From Acidimicrobiales bacterium (GTDB lineage: Bacteria; Actinomycetota; Acidimicrobiia; Acidimicrobiales; SHLQ01): a stretch of 64,000 nt of DNA. Below the pieces are notes generated by a model. That model saw only the letters and a list, made by a program, of their open reading frames with translations, was not told the DNA's origin and searched no databases. Below, piece after piece: positions 26,781-36,141 of the stretch. Every line of letters starts with the position of its first letter. Position 1 is the first letter of the stretch. A program made the translations under genes and the position numbers. Location of the stretch: the NCBI GenBank assembly GCA_020629635.1, contig JAHDCX010000015.1, positions 18,899 through 82,898 on the forward strand, written 5' to 3'.

Positions 26781-27557
26781 ATGCGAAAAGAGCTACAGCA
26801 TGATCTCCTTACGCACCGCGACGAAATCACTCTCGCCAAAGCCATCGCCGATGCCCGATCCGCCCGCGAGCGTGTCGCCCATGGCGAGCCACTCGACGAT
26901 CACCTCGTTGCCATCGACGCCGGACACCACGCGCGGGAGCGCTTCATCTCGGCAAACACCCGACTGGCCTGGTCGATGGCCAGTCGATTCACTCGACCCG
27001 GACACGTCGACCTCGAGGACGTCTACCAAGACGCCCTGATCGGACTGCACACGGCCGTCGATCGCTACGACGGCGAGTCCGGCTACCGCTTCAGCACCTA
27101 CGCGACGTGGTGGATTCGCCAAGCCATGCAACGCGGACTCGAGAACACCGGATCATCGATTCGAATCCCGTCCGAGGTCCGGAGCAACCTCCTCAACGAA
27201 GGGGTCGACCCGGGCAACCGAGAGAAGTCCGCCCAGCGGGCAATGTCGGTCGACTCGATCGACCGCACGGTCGGCCACGACGACTTCCACATCGCCGACC
27301 AACTCACGGCCGATCTCGACGTTGCGAGCGACGTCGCCGACCGAGTCATCGCCGCCGAAGTCGTCGACCTGATCAGCGAGCTCGACGCGCCGACGCAGTC
27401 CATGCTCGTCCGCCGCTACGGCCTCGACGGCGGCGACCCGGCCTCCTATCAGTCGATCGCCGAGGACAATGGGATCTCCGCTCCCGCCGTCCGGAAACGG
27501 ATCCTCCGTGCCATCGACAGCATTCGCCACAAAGCCGGTGTCCTCGAAGCGTCATGA
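26781..27557 (+). CDS. Short sigma-70-family RNA polymerase sigma factor (RpoD-like region 2, group-2-like)
   Basis: Region 2 LIGLHTAVDRYDGESGYRFSTYATWWIRQAMQRGL, IRIPSEV (region 3.0-like), region 4 LVRRYGLDGGDPASYQSIAEDNGISAPAVRKRILRAIDSIR. Start at ATG 26781 (MRKELQHDL); upstream codons of the tracked ORF are AT-rich and promoter-like. Confidence 0.85.
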   Translation: MRKELQHDLLTHRDEITLAKAIADARSARERVAHGEPLDDHLVAIDAGHHARERFISANTRLAWSMASRFTRPGHVDLEDVYQDALIGLHTAVDRYDGESGYRFSTYATWWIRQAMQRGLENTGSSIRIPSEVRSNLLNEGVDPGNREKSAQRAMSVDSIDRTVGHDDFHIADQLTADLDVASDVADRVIAAEVVDLISELDAPTQSMLVRRYGLDGGDPASYQSIAEDNGISAPAVRKRILRAIDSIRHKAGVLEAS

Positions 27558-27916
27558 CCAACAGGGATTCCGTGATCACCAGTTCGAATCATCCCTATTC
27601 GAACGCATATGGTCGAAGCGTGAATTTCGTCGACCCAACGCCCACGATCCCGGCATGGACATTCCTGACGAACCATGCGCACGTCCTCATCGCCATCAGC
27701 CGTAACCCCGAGCTCCGCCAACGCGACATCAGTTTTCTCGTTGGGATCACCCCCGGAGCCGTCCAGCGGATCATCGCCGACCTCGAAACCGAGGGGTACA
27801 TCCGGACCGAGCGAGTCGGTCGACGCAACCGCTATGAAGTGATCGGAACGGGCGCACTCCGTCACCCGCTCGAGAACGATCACTGTGTCGAGGACCTCCT
27901 CAAGAGCCTCGACTGA
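27554..27916 (+). CDS. Winged-helix (MarR/ArsR-like) DNA-binding protein, translationally coupled to the sigma gene
   Basis: ATG 27554 overlaps the sigma-factor stop (ATGA). FLTNHAHVLIAISRNPELRQRDISFLVGITPGAVQRIIADLETEGYIRTERVGRRNRYEV is a wHTH. Confidence 0.65.
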   Translation: MTNRDSVITSSNHPYSNAYGRSVNFVDPTPTIPAWTFLTNHAHVLIAISRNPELRQRDISFLVGITPGAVQRIIADLETEGYIRTERVGRRNRYEVIGTGALRHPLENDHCVEDLLKSLD

Positions 27917-27919
27917 GTC

Positions 27920-29098
27920 TCAGCTGAGCGAACCCGCCGGCAACCGCTCGTCGACCCCGGGACGGTCATAGTCTTCACGAAGACGCCGCAACCGCGAGTG
28001 GAACTGGTCGCGATCGATCGTGCACAGGCGAAGGTGCCGGCGCCCACCTTCGGGCCCGAAGGCCGTTCGGCCATGCAACATCCGCTGATTGTCGTACACG
28101 ACCGCCTGACCCGGCTCGATCCTGAACTGCACCGCAGCGGAAGGATCGTTGATGCGCCGCGAGAACTCGATCAGCGCTCGGTAGTACGGACCCATCATCG
28201 ACGGGTCGATGTCGAGGGTGCCCATCGAACGTTCGTGGAAGCGAACACCCGCGATCTCGCGGTCCCGATCCAACGAGATGATCGGTGCATGCGCCACGAG
28301 ATGCACGTCCTCACCCTGATCCACCGAATCGGTGCGATGGCGGACAAACGGGATCGACACCTCCGCAAGAACATCGAACGCGTCCGGGTCATCCTCCTCG
28401 AGCGACGCCGCAACGGCGAATCCGTCCACCAACAGCGTGTCGCCGCCCGAGGTACTGGCCTCCACACAGTGCAACATCGACGTCCCCGACGGCGTGTACC
28501 GGTACGGATCGTCGGTGTGTGGGTCGAGGGCGAGCCCGGTTTGGGAGAACTCCCACACCTCGGGCTCCACGACGATGTCGAAGATCCGGCCGAAGTCGGT
28601 CTCTCGGATTCGACCGATCAGCGCGGCGAGCGACTCGGTGCCGAGCTCCTCGGTCGGAACGTCGTCGACGATCGCGGCACCGTACTCGGCGACGGCATCG
28701 AGCAGCTCGAGGTGTCCCCGGCTCCGAGGGCTCGGCAGCGAGACGCGAGGGAGCTCCACGCCCGCACGCACGGGCGTGATGCGCCGCGGCTTCGACCGAC
28801 GTCGCGTCGGCTCTGGGTCATGGGTCGCGAGCCAGTCAGGATCGAACGACGATCGATGCCCGTCGGAGTACTCGATCTCGACAGAACCGTCTTCGCCGAT
28901 CCCGCCCGACACGACGGACAGATCGGGGTCGAGGTCGACGACCGAGAAGGTCCGGAATGCCTTCAGACGATCGCCACCCGAGGGACAGTTGTCCCGAAGC
29001 CACAGCGAATGCAGACGAGTTCTTCGTCCATCCGACCACCGAAGGATGACTCCGTCGTCGTACGGATCGACCCCAATGACCGTCGTCTCGAGTTCCAT
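27920..29098 (-). CDS. TauD/TfdA-family Fe(II)/2-oxoglutarate dioxygenase with DUF971 N-domain (gamma-butyrobetaine hydroxylase-like architecture)
   Basis: Start at ATG 29098 (MELETTVIG). DUF971-like VILRWSDGRRTRLHSLWLRDNCPS. HxD in LDPHTDDPY. Distal His in NQRMLHGRTAF. Confidence 0.78.
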   Translation of the reverse strand: MELETTVIGVDPYDDGVILRWSDGRRTRLHSLWLRDNCPSGGDRLKAFRTFSVVDLDPDLSVVSGGIGEDGSVEIEYSDGHRSSFDPDWLATHDPEPTRRRSKPRRITPVRAGVELPRVSLPSPRSRGHLELLDAVAEYGAAIVDDVPTEELGTESLAALIGRIRETDFGRIFDIVVEPEVWEFSQTGLALDPHTDDPYRYTPSGTSMLHCVEASTSGGDTLLVDGFAVAASLEEDDPDAFDVLAEVSIPFVRHRTDSVDQGEDVHLVAHAPIISLDRDREIAGVRFHERSMGTLDIDPSMMGPYYRALIEFSRRINDPSAAVQFRIEPGQAVVYDNQRMLHGRTAFGPEGGRRHLRLCTIDRDQFHSRLRRLREDYDRPGVDERLPAGSLS

Positions 29099-29142
29099 CG
29101 CCAAACCGTAGAACCACGGTCGGTGACGGGGCAACCGTCGGC

Positions 29143-30006
29143 TCAGCCGCCGCTGCCGTACAGACCGAACGCTTCGGCCTGTTCGTCGTTGAGGTGGTAG
29201 CTCTCCTCGGCGTTGGGGAACGCGCCCGAACGGACGTCGTCCGCATACGCGGACAGCGCGTCGATGGTCGAGGTCTTCATGTCCGCGTAGCGGCGGACGA
29301 ACTTGGGCACGAAACGGTCCTCGATGCCGAGGACATCGTGATACACGAGCACCTGGCCGTCGCAATGCGGACCGGCGCCGATGCCGATCGTCGGGACATC
29401 GACGGCGTCAGTGATCGCCTCGGCGACCTTGACCGGGATTCCCTCGAGCACGATCGCAAAGCACCCGGCGTGTTGGAGCGCCTTCGCGTCTTCGATCAAC
29501 TCGACGGCAGCTTCGGCCTGGCGGCCCTGCACCCGGAAGCCGCCCATCGCGTGCACCGACTGCGGAGTCAGACCGACGTGGCCCATCACGGGGATCTCCG
29601 CGTCGACCAACGCTTCGATCATCGGCACACGCTTGCGACCACCCTCGAGCTTGACGCATTGTGCGCCGGCCCGAATCAGCGTCGCCGCGTTGCGGACCGT
29701 CTCCTCCACCGACACGTGGAACGACATCCACGGCAGGTCCCCGACGATCAGGCAATTCGGGTTCGCCCGAGCGACGGCGCGCGTGTGGTGCGCGATGTCG
29801 TCGACGGTCACCTGCAGGGTGTCGTCGTAGCCGAGCACGACCATCGCCACCGAGTCACCGACGAGGATGATGTCGATGCCCGCATCGCTCGCGGCTCGAG
29901 CGCCGGGCGCGTCGTAGGCGGTGATCATGGCAATCGCGTCGTCGCCGTCACGCACCTTGCGTCCGGCGATCTTGGGCACGGTGAGCTTTCCCGAAGAGGG
30001 GGCCAT
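29143..30006 (-). CDS. panB: 3-methyl-2-oxobutanoate hydroxymethyltransferase
   Basis: ATG 30006 preceded by GGAAGGAGA. ITAYDAPGARAASDAGIDIILVGDS, KLEGG, GHVGLTPQS, IGIGAG. Confidence 0.92.
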   Translation of the reverse strand: MAPSSGKLTVPKIAGRKVRDGDDAIAMITAYDAPGARAASDAGIDIILVGDSVAMVVLGYDDTLQVTVDDIAHHTRAVARANPNCLIVGDLPWMSFHVSVEETVRNAATLIRAGAQCVKLEGGRKRVPMIEALVDAEIPVMGHVGLTPQSVHAMGGFRVQGRQAEAAVELIEDAKALQHAGCFAIVLEGIPVKVAEAITDAVDVPTIGIGAGPHCDGQVLVYHDVLGIEDRFVPKFVRRYADMKTSTIDALSAYADDVRSGAFPNAEESYHLNDEQAEAFGLYGSGG

Positions 30007-30079
30007 CGCATTCTCCTTCCCGTCCAGCGCCTGTCGGCTGCCGGCGGTACGTCTCTGAGGATATCGGCTCGTCGACGAG

Positions 30080-30463
30080 TCAGGAAAGGGGCAGCACGGG
30101 CCGACTTCGGAGCAGATGATTCCATCGACACGACGGACACACCTCCACCTCGTACGCGGTGAACTGGCCCTTGCGCCGCTGGATCCGCCGATAGTCCGCA
30201 TCGGTCACGATGCAGCGGCCCGCAGCCGGAAGACGAGGGCCGAACACATACGTGCACTCGACGACGTCGGACTCACCACAGATCGGACACCGACGTCCGG
30301 TGGCTCGGCCACACTCCCGGGCGTTGCGCATGAGCTCGGACTGCGCGTCACACACCTCGGCAAGGGTCGCCTCGCCGGACTTGTACGCCATCACGGCACG
30401 CTCGCGGGCCAGGCGGTAGTTGACCGAGCCCGGAGCAGCGAGCGATGTGTCCACGTCGACCAT
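30080..30463 (-). CDS. Small conserved actinobacterial Cys4 zinc-ribbon protein (DUF5318-like; family assignment from memory)
   Basis: Start at ATG 30463 (MVDVDTSLAAPGSVNYRLARERA). CPICG...CPSCRWNHL cysteine pairs. The upstream part of the tracked ORF is Arg-rich. Confidence 0.55.
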   Translation of the reverse strand: MVDVDTSLAAPGSVNYRLARERAVMAYKSGEATLAEVCDAQSELMRNARECGRATGRRCPICGESDVVECTYVFGPRLPAAGRCIVTDADYRRIQRRKGQFTAYEVEVCPSCRWNHLLRSRPVLPLS

Positions 30464-30510
30464 CGACACCCACCGTACCGACCGGGTGTGACTGTCGTAT
30501 CGTCGCGTCC

Positions 30511-31179
30511 ATGGACGCTGGATGGATGCGGTACACGACGTCAGGAGCTCGCGGCTCGAAACGACCCACCGATGTCGTCGAGCTCGGGCCGGGCGACGTC
30601 GCCGGCCTCGATCGTCGACTTCTGGGCGATGTCCGTGGACTACGCGTGCTCGAGCTCGGAACCGGTGTCGGCCACGGAGCGATCGCGCTCGCCTCCCAGG
30701 GCGCGCGGGTCGTCGCCATCGATCCCGACGCCGAACAGGTGGCAACCGCCCGGGCCAACGCCGAATCCGCCGAGGTTCATGTGGAGCTGCACAACGCCGA
30801 CGTCGCCGAGCTCGCCTTTCTCCAAGCGGACGTTTTCGACGCGGTGATCTCGGTCCATGCGCTCGCCGGCGTCGCCGATCTCGGACGAGTGTTCCGCCAG
30901 GTGCACCGCGTCATGAAGGCCGAGCGCAGTTTCTTGATCACCCTCCCCCACCCGGCCGCGCTGATGGTCGACCCTGCCGAACCCACGCAGGTGATCGCGG
31001 ACTACGCGGAGTCCGGCGTGCTCGGAAGCGGAGCCCAGACGACGCATCGACACGGCATCGGCCACGTGTTCACCCAACTGAGCCGCGCCAACTTCCGGGT
31101 CGATCAGTTGCTCGAACCCGCCGGTGACGGCCCCCACCCCGCTTCGGTGATCTTCCGCGCGAAGAAGCTCGGCACCTGA
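30511..31179 (+). CDS. Class I SAM-dependent methyltransferase
   Basis: Motif I VLELGTGVGHGAIALA, post-I VVAIDPD, FDAVISVHAL. Start at ATG 30511 (alternative 30526). Confidence 0.75.
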   Translation: MDAGWMRYTTSGARGSKRPTDVVELGPGDVAGLDRRLLGDVRGLRVLELGTGVGHGAIALASQGARVVAIDPDAEQVATARANAESAEVHVELHNADVAELAFLQADVFDAVISVHALAGVADLGRVFRQVHRVMKAERSFLITLPHPAALMVDPAEPTQVIADYAESGVLGSGAQTTHRHGIGHVFTQLSRANFRVDQLLEPAGDGPHPASVIFRAKKLGT

Positions 31180-31180
31180 G

Positions 31181-32461
31181 TCAGGCGTGATCGTCGGCGA
31201 GGAGCCAGGCCGATTCCTCCTCGGCGGTTGCCGGTCCATCACGGAGGCGGCGCTCCTGCAGACGGGCGACCGCGGCCCCGACCGCCGGTCCCGGGTCGAG
31301 CGCCAGCAGCTCCATGATCTGTCCCCCATCGAGCACGGGACCGAGATCCTCGAGGTCCTCGCGTTGTCCGAGATTCTTCAGGGACGCGGCGAAACGGTCG
31401 TCGCCACCACGAACCTCGACGAGTCGAACGAGCACGTCGGTCGCGTCGAAACCGACCGCGAACACCACTCGCCGGATCGACTCGTCAGTCCATTCCGTAT
31501 CCCACCCGAGCACACCATCGGCGGCCTCGATGAGCGTTCGGATCGATCGCTGCTCGGCGGTCGAGTACCGCAGGCGATCGAGTCGGGCCACCCGCTCGGG
31601 CGGCTCACCGATCGAGTGCACCACGAGACGGCGCAGCTCGAGATCGATGGGTGCGCGCCCGAGCATCGCACCCAGCGCGTCGACGTCGACGCCTGACGTC
31701 GGACCGAACACGTTGGCCAACACCCCACAGCGATCCAGAAACCGCAGGCCCGGCGTCGGGTCAGGGGCGCCGAGCAGTTTGTCGAGCTCCTCACGAATGC
31801 GCTCCACCGAGATGATCGACATTCGCTCGGCGAGATCGGCTGCCGCGCGCTCGACCGCCGGATCGACGGACAGGTCGTAGCGAGCGACAAACCGGGCCCC
31901 GCGGAGAATCCGGAGTGGGTCGTCGCCGAAGGAAACGGCCGGGTCGATCGGCGTCCGAAGGATCCCCGCCTCGAGATCGTCGATCCCGCCGAACGGGTCG
32001 ATCCGTTGCGCCCCCGGCAACTCGATCGCCATGGCGTTGATCGTGAAGTCTCGCCGTGACAGATCGCCGTCGATGTCGTCGCCGAACGCGACGTCGGGTT
32101 TACGCGTGTCCGTCTCGTACCACTCGGCCCGATGCGTCGTGATCTCGTAGTCACGACCCGCGATGCGGCAACCGATCGTGCCGAATCGCTCGCCTTGCGC
32201 CCAGAGGTCATCCGCGATCGGACCGACGATTGCTTTGATCCGGTCCGGGCGGGCATCGGTGGTCAGATCGAAGTCGAGGGCCTCGAGTGGCACACCGAGA
32301 TGAAGGTCCCGAACGATCCCGCCGACGAGATGGATTCGATGACCGGCCGCCACGAATCGCTCGGCCACGACCGACGCTTCGGCGATCACCGCCTCCAGAT
32401 ACGGGTCCACCCTTCGAGAGCCTACGGCGAGGCCAACAGCCCACCCGGTACCCTTCCCCAA
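31181..32461 (-). CDS. cca: CCA tRNA nucleotidyltransferase (PcnA-type, class II with HD-like C-terminal region)
   Basis: HLVGGIVRDLHLG, DFDLTTDARPD, GTIG, RRDFTINAMA, FGDDPLRILRGARF. Start uncertain: TTG 32461 or GTG 32410. Confidence 0.8.
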   Translation of the reverse strand: MGKGTGWAVGLAVGSRRVDPYLEAVIAEASVVAERFVAAGHRIHLVGGIVRDLHLGVPLEALDFDLTTDARPDRIKAIVGPIADDLWAQGERFGTIGCRIAGRDYEITTHRAEWYETDTRKPDVAFGDDIDGDLSRRDFTINAMAIELPGAQRIDPFGGIDDLEAGILRTPIDPAVSFGDDPLRILRGARFVARYDLSVDPAVERAAADLAERMSIISVERIREELDKLLGAPDPTPGLRFLDRCGVLANVFGPTSGVDVDALGAMLGRAPIDLELRRLVVHSIGEPPERVARLDRLRYSTAEQRSIRTLIEAADGVLGWDTEWTDESIRRVVFAVGFDATDVLVRLVEVRGGDDRFAASLKNLGQREDLEDLGPVLDGGQIMELLALDPGPAVGAAVARLQERRLRDGPATAEEESAWLLADDHA

Positions 32462-32499
32462 TGCTCGATGGGAGCGTTCGACCAGTCCGCGGTGTACGG

Positions 32500-33186
32500 A
32501 TGCTGACTCGCAACGACGCTCCCTTCGCCGTGCAGATCGTGCCGCGGCGTCGACTCAACGTCGACGAGGTCCGTCGATCGGTGGCCCGGGCAGAACGGCT
32601 GGGCGAGGGTGGCCGCATCGTCACCAGCGCCCTCAGCCCGATCGAGACCGACAGTTTCGTGGATGCCGGCTTCACGCTGCGAGAAGACCTCATTCTGCTT
32701 CGACACGGATTGGTCTCGATCCCGACGGCCAGACCCATCGAGATCCGGAACGGCCGCCGCAACGACACCGATCGAGTACTCAGCCTCGACCGACGCTCGT
32801 TCGACGACTTCTGGACCATCGATCGCCACGGCTTGCGATCGGCACGCAACGCAACTCCGCGGCATCGGTATCGGGTGGCGTTGGGCAACCATCCCGGCGA
32901 CTCGGCGATCGGCGGCCGACCCGAACCCATCGGGTATGCCATCACCGGTCTCGCTGGCGGACACAGCTACTTCCAGCGCCTCGGCGTCGAACCAACCCAA
33001 CGACGCGCCGGTGTTGGATCGGCGCTCGTGATCGACGCGCTGCTGTGGGCCCGCACCAACGGTGCCCACACGATGCTCGTCAACACCCAGACGTCCAATC
33101 TCGGTGCCGCGTCGCTCTATCGGTCGCTCGGCTTCGTGGAGTCTCCGGATCGACTGCATGTGCTCGAATGGCCCGCTCCGTCATGA
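32500..33186 (+). CDS. GNAT-family N-acetyltransferase
   Basis: C-terminal acetyl-CoA motif LGVEPTQRRAGVGSALVIDALLWARTNGAHTMLVNTQTSNLGAASLYRSLGF. Start is ATG 32500 or ATG 32461. Confidence 0.62.
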   Translation: MLTRNDAPFAVQIVPRRRLNVDEVRRSVARAERLGEGGRIVTSALSPIETDSFVDAGFTLREDLILLRHGLVSIPTARPIEIRNGRRNDTDRVLSLDRRSFDDFWTIDRHGLRSARNATPRHRYRVALGNHPGDSAIGGRPEPIGYAITGLAGGHSYFQRLGVEPTQRRAGVGSALVIDALLWARTNGAHTMLVNTQTSNLGAASLYRSLGFVESPDRLHVLEWPAPS

Positions 33187-35210
33187 AGACCTGTCTGTCG
33201 GCATCCGTGCACGTGATCGTCGTGGCCGTTGCCGTGATTTCGTTCGTCGGTCCGACGGCGCCTGCTGCAGCACAGTCCACCGGCTCAATCGATTTGATCG
33301 GACAGAGCGCCTGGGTCGACCAGGGAGGCATCTTCGACCTCCAACTGCGAGTCGTCGGCGCAGACCCGGACTCCACGATCGAACTTCGGGTGCTCGAACC
33401 CTGGACGGATCGTCAAGACTTCAGCCAGAACCCTGACGGAACCGGTCGTGAGGCACGTCTGGAGGTCGAACCCTTGCGGCTCGGAGAACTCCAGACGACG
33501 AGCAACGAGGTCCTCCCGTTCAGCCTCGCGGTCGAGGATCCGGATTCGATCGGCGAACCCGACGCCGACGGACCCGGACTGCCTCTGCTCGAACCCCAAG
33601 ACGGTCCGGCCGTCTACCCACTCGAGGTGCTCCTTCGATCATCGGACGGAACGACCGTTGATCGGCTCGTCACGACGATGGTCGTGTTGCCCCGCCGATT
33701 CGAGGCGAATCCACTCCAGACGCTTTTCGTCTTCGATGACCTCGGCCTCGGCCCACAGGACGCGACGGAGGAGACCGAGTCCCTCCGAGCCGTGATCGAC
33801 GCACTCGACGCCCATCCTGACGCTCCCGTCGCGTTGCGCTTCGACCCCTCGATCCTCGACGAGGCGAACGCTGACCCAGAGTTCGATGCCCTGCTCACCC
33901 GGGCGGGAGAACGACTGGACGGCGATGACCTCCTCGCCGCCACCTGGGTCGACGTCGACGAACAGGCGTGGATCGATGCGGAGATGACCTCGACGCTCGA
34001 CCTGCTCTACCAGCGAGGTGCCGAGACCCTGACCCGGACACTCGGCGACGCACCGCAGACACAGGTCGCCCTCATCGACTCTTCGCTCACCGCCTCCGGG
34101 CTCGACGTCAGCGTCGATCGGGGTGCGGCCGGGGTCATCGTCGAGCCCGGCCGAGTCACCCCGCTGGATCCGGCGACCTTCCCGGAGTCGCTCACCACCA
34201 GCTTTGTGATCCCGACAGCGAGCGGCCGCACCATCCCCGCATTCGAAGCGGACCCGGGACTGCGCGCCCACTTCTCCCCCGCCGACGCGCCGGTCCTCCA
34301 CGCGAATCGCCTCCTCGCAGATCTGGCCCTTCTTGCCCTCCAACAACCCGACGTTCGCCAAGCCGCTGTCATCTGGCCCGACGACGATGCGGTCGTCGAT
34401 CGAACCTTTCTCAACGTCGCCTTGTCGGGCATCGAACGGATCCCGATCCTCGACGCCGCTACCGCACGAGAGATGCTGACCGAGACGGCGTTCACCCCCG
34501 CAACGGGACCCGGCACGCTGTCGGCCCCGCTCCGACGCGAGCTCCGTCCGACCCCCTCCGACCCGCTCGGTGGGTATCGCACCGACTTCGCGCAGGCTCG
34601 GACCTCCATCGACAGCTGGCGCACGGTCATCGTCGGCGATCCCGCTGGCTCGGACGAGCTCGAATCTCTGCTGCTTCGGTCGGCCGACCAGACGATCACC
34701 GACAGCGCCCGAGCCGAGCAGATCGATGAGATCTACCGACGGATCGACGCCCAGAAGGACGGCGCAATCAGCGCGCCAGCAGCGGAGACGATCACCTTCA
34801 CCAGCCGAGAGGCCACGGTGCCACTGATCGTCGAGAACAACTTCGGGTTCGCGGCCGACGTCGCCCTCGTCTTCGACTCCGAGAAACTCGAGTTTCCCGA
34901 GGGTCGCCAGATCGACGTCCGGCTCGAGCCCGGCACGAATCGCATCGACGTTCCGGTCCTCGCCCGCGCCTCTGGCGACTCGCCGATCCGCATCCAGGTG
35001 CTCAGCCCCGACCGGGCCGTGCTGTTGAGCTCGTCCGAAGTGATCGTCCGGACCTTCGCGTTCTCCGGCGTCGGCGTCATCATCGGGGTCATCTCGATCA
35101 TCGTCTTGTTGATCTGGTGGCTGCGGCATCGACGAAGCACCCGCACTACGCTCGTCGACCAGCAATCGGCTCCCGACCCGGAGTCCGAGGATCTGCGGAT
35201 CGGAGTCTGA
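33183..35210 (+). CDS. Large secreted/anchored conserved protein, Rv3909-like by position (DUF6049-type; from memory)
   Basis: ATG 33183 overlaps the GNAT stop (ATGA). Signal peptide MKTCLSASVHVIVVAVAVISFVGPTAPAAAQ. C-terminal TM GVGVIIGVISIIVLLIWWL. It occupies the slot next to cca that Rv3909 holds in mycobacteria. Confidence 0.6.
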   Translation: MKTCLSASVHVIVVAVAVISFVGPTAPAAAQSTGSIDLIGQSAWVDQGGIFDLQLRVVGADPDSTIELRVLEPWTDRQDFSQNPDGTGREARLEVEPLRLGELQTTSNEVLPFSLAVEDPDSIGEPDADGPGLPLLEPQDGPAVYPLEVLLRSSDGTTVDRLVTTMVVLPRRFEANPLQTLFVFDDLGLGPQDATEETESLRAVIDALDAHPDAPVALRFDPSILDEANADPEFDALLTRAGERLDGDDLLAATWVDVDEQAWIDAEMTSTLDLLYQRGAETLTRTLGDAPQTQVALIDSSLTASGLDVSVDRGAAGVIVEPGRVTPLDPATFPESLTTSFVIPTASGRTIPAFEADPGLRAHFSPADAPVLHANRLLADLALLALQQPDVRQAAVIWPDDDAVVDRTFLNVALSGIERIPILDAATAREMLTETAFTPATGPGTLSAPLRRELRPTPSDPLGGYRTDFAQARTSIDSWRTVIVGDPAGSDELESLLLRSADQTITDSARAEQIDEIYRRIDAQKDGAISAPAAETITFTSREATVPLIVENNFGFAADVALVFDSEKLEFPEGRQIDVRLEPGTNRIDVPVLARASGDSPIRIQVLSPDRAVLLSSSEVIVRTFAFSGVGVIIGVISIIVLLIWWLRHRRSTRTTLVDQQSAPDPESEDLRIGV

Positions 35211-35215
35211 AAGCA

Positions 35216-36058
35216 ATGAGCGTTCGTATCGTCACCGACAGCGCCTGTGACCTGTCTGACCAAGAACTCGCCGAGTGGGGAATCGGCATGGTTCCCCTGT
35301 CGATCCGGTTCGGTGATGACGAGTTCGTCGACCGCACCGAACTCGACACCGACACCTTCTACCAAAAGCTCGCCACCTCCGAAGCGCTGCCCGAGACGGC
35401 CGCGCCTTCGCCCGGAGCGTTCGCGGCGATGTTCAATCAGATGGCCGCCGAAGGTGCCACGGCCGTCGTGTGCATCAACCTCTCCGAGGCACTGTCGGCC
35501 ACCATCCAGGCCGCCCGCACCGCCGCCCAGAGCGACGAGGTGTCCATCGACGTTCGGGTCGTCAACTCGAAGTCGGTCACCGGTGGCCTCGGCTCGATCG
35601 TGCTGGCCGCCGCCAGCGCGGCACGTGATGGGGCAACGGCAGACGACATCGTCGCGATGGCCGAATCGATGACCGCTCGCACCCGCGTCTACGCCACCCT
35701 CGACACCTTGGAGAACCTCAAGAAGGGTGGACGGATCGGCGGCGCGCAGGCCGCGCTCGGCGCCATGTTGTCGATCAAGCCGCTCCTCGACCTGAGCAGC
35801 GGCGAGGTGGTCGCTGCTGGCAAGCAACGCACCCGCAAGCGGGCGCTCGGCTGGCTCGCCGAGCAACTCGCCGAGGCCGGTGACGACGTCGACAACCTGG
35901 CGATTCTCCACTCGAACGCCACCGACATCGACGACTTCTTGGCGTCGATCTCGCACCTTCCCGCCGCATCAACCGCCCGCACCAACGTCATTGGCGCGGT
36001 CATCGGCACCCACGGTGGGCCGGGCGTCATCGGCATCACGTACCAAGTACGGGACTGA
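35216..36058 (+). CDS. DegV-family fatty-acid-binding protein
   Basis: MSVRIVTDSACDL..., PETAAPSPGAF, NSKSVTGGLG, LENLKKGGRIG, LSIKPLL, HGGPGVIGI. Confidence 0.88.
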   Translation: MSVRIVTDSACDLSDQELAEWGIGMVPLSIRFGDDEFVDRTELDTDTFYQKLATSEALPETAAPSPGAFAAMFNQMAAEGATAVVCINLSEALSATIQAARTAAQSDEVSIDVRVVNSKSVTGGLGSIVLAAASAARDGATADDIVAMAESMTARTRVYATLDTLENLKKGGRIGGAQAALGAMLSIKPLLDLSSGEVVAAGKQRTRKRALGWLAEQLAEAGDDVDNLAILHSNATDIDDFLASISHLPAASTARTNVIGAVIGTHGGPGVIGITYQVRD

Positions 36059-36141
36059 TCGAACCACCAGATCCCAACCGAGTCGCGACGCGGTTGGTGC
36101 CGATTCCTCGCATCGGCCACCCAGAGCTATCGTTTCGTCCG

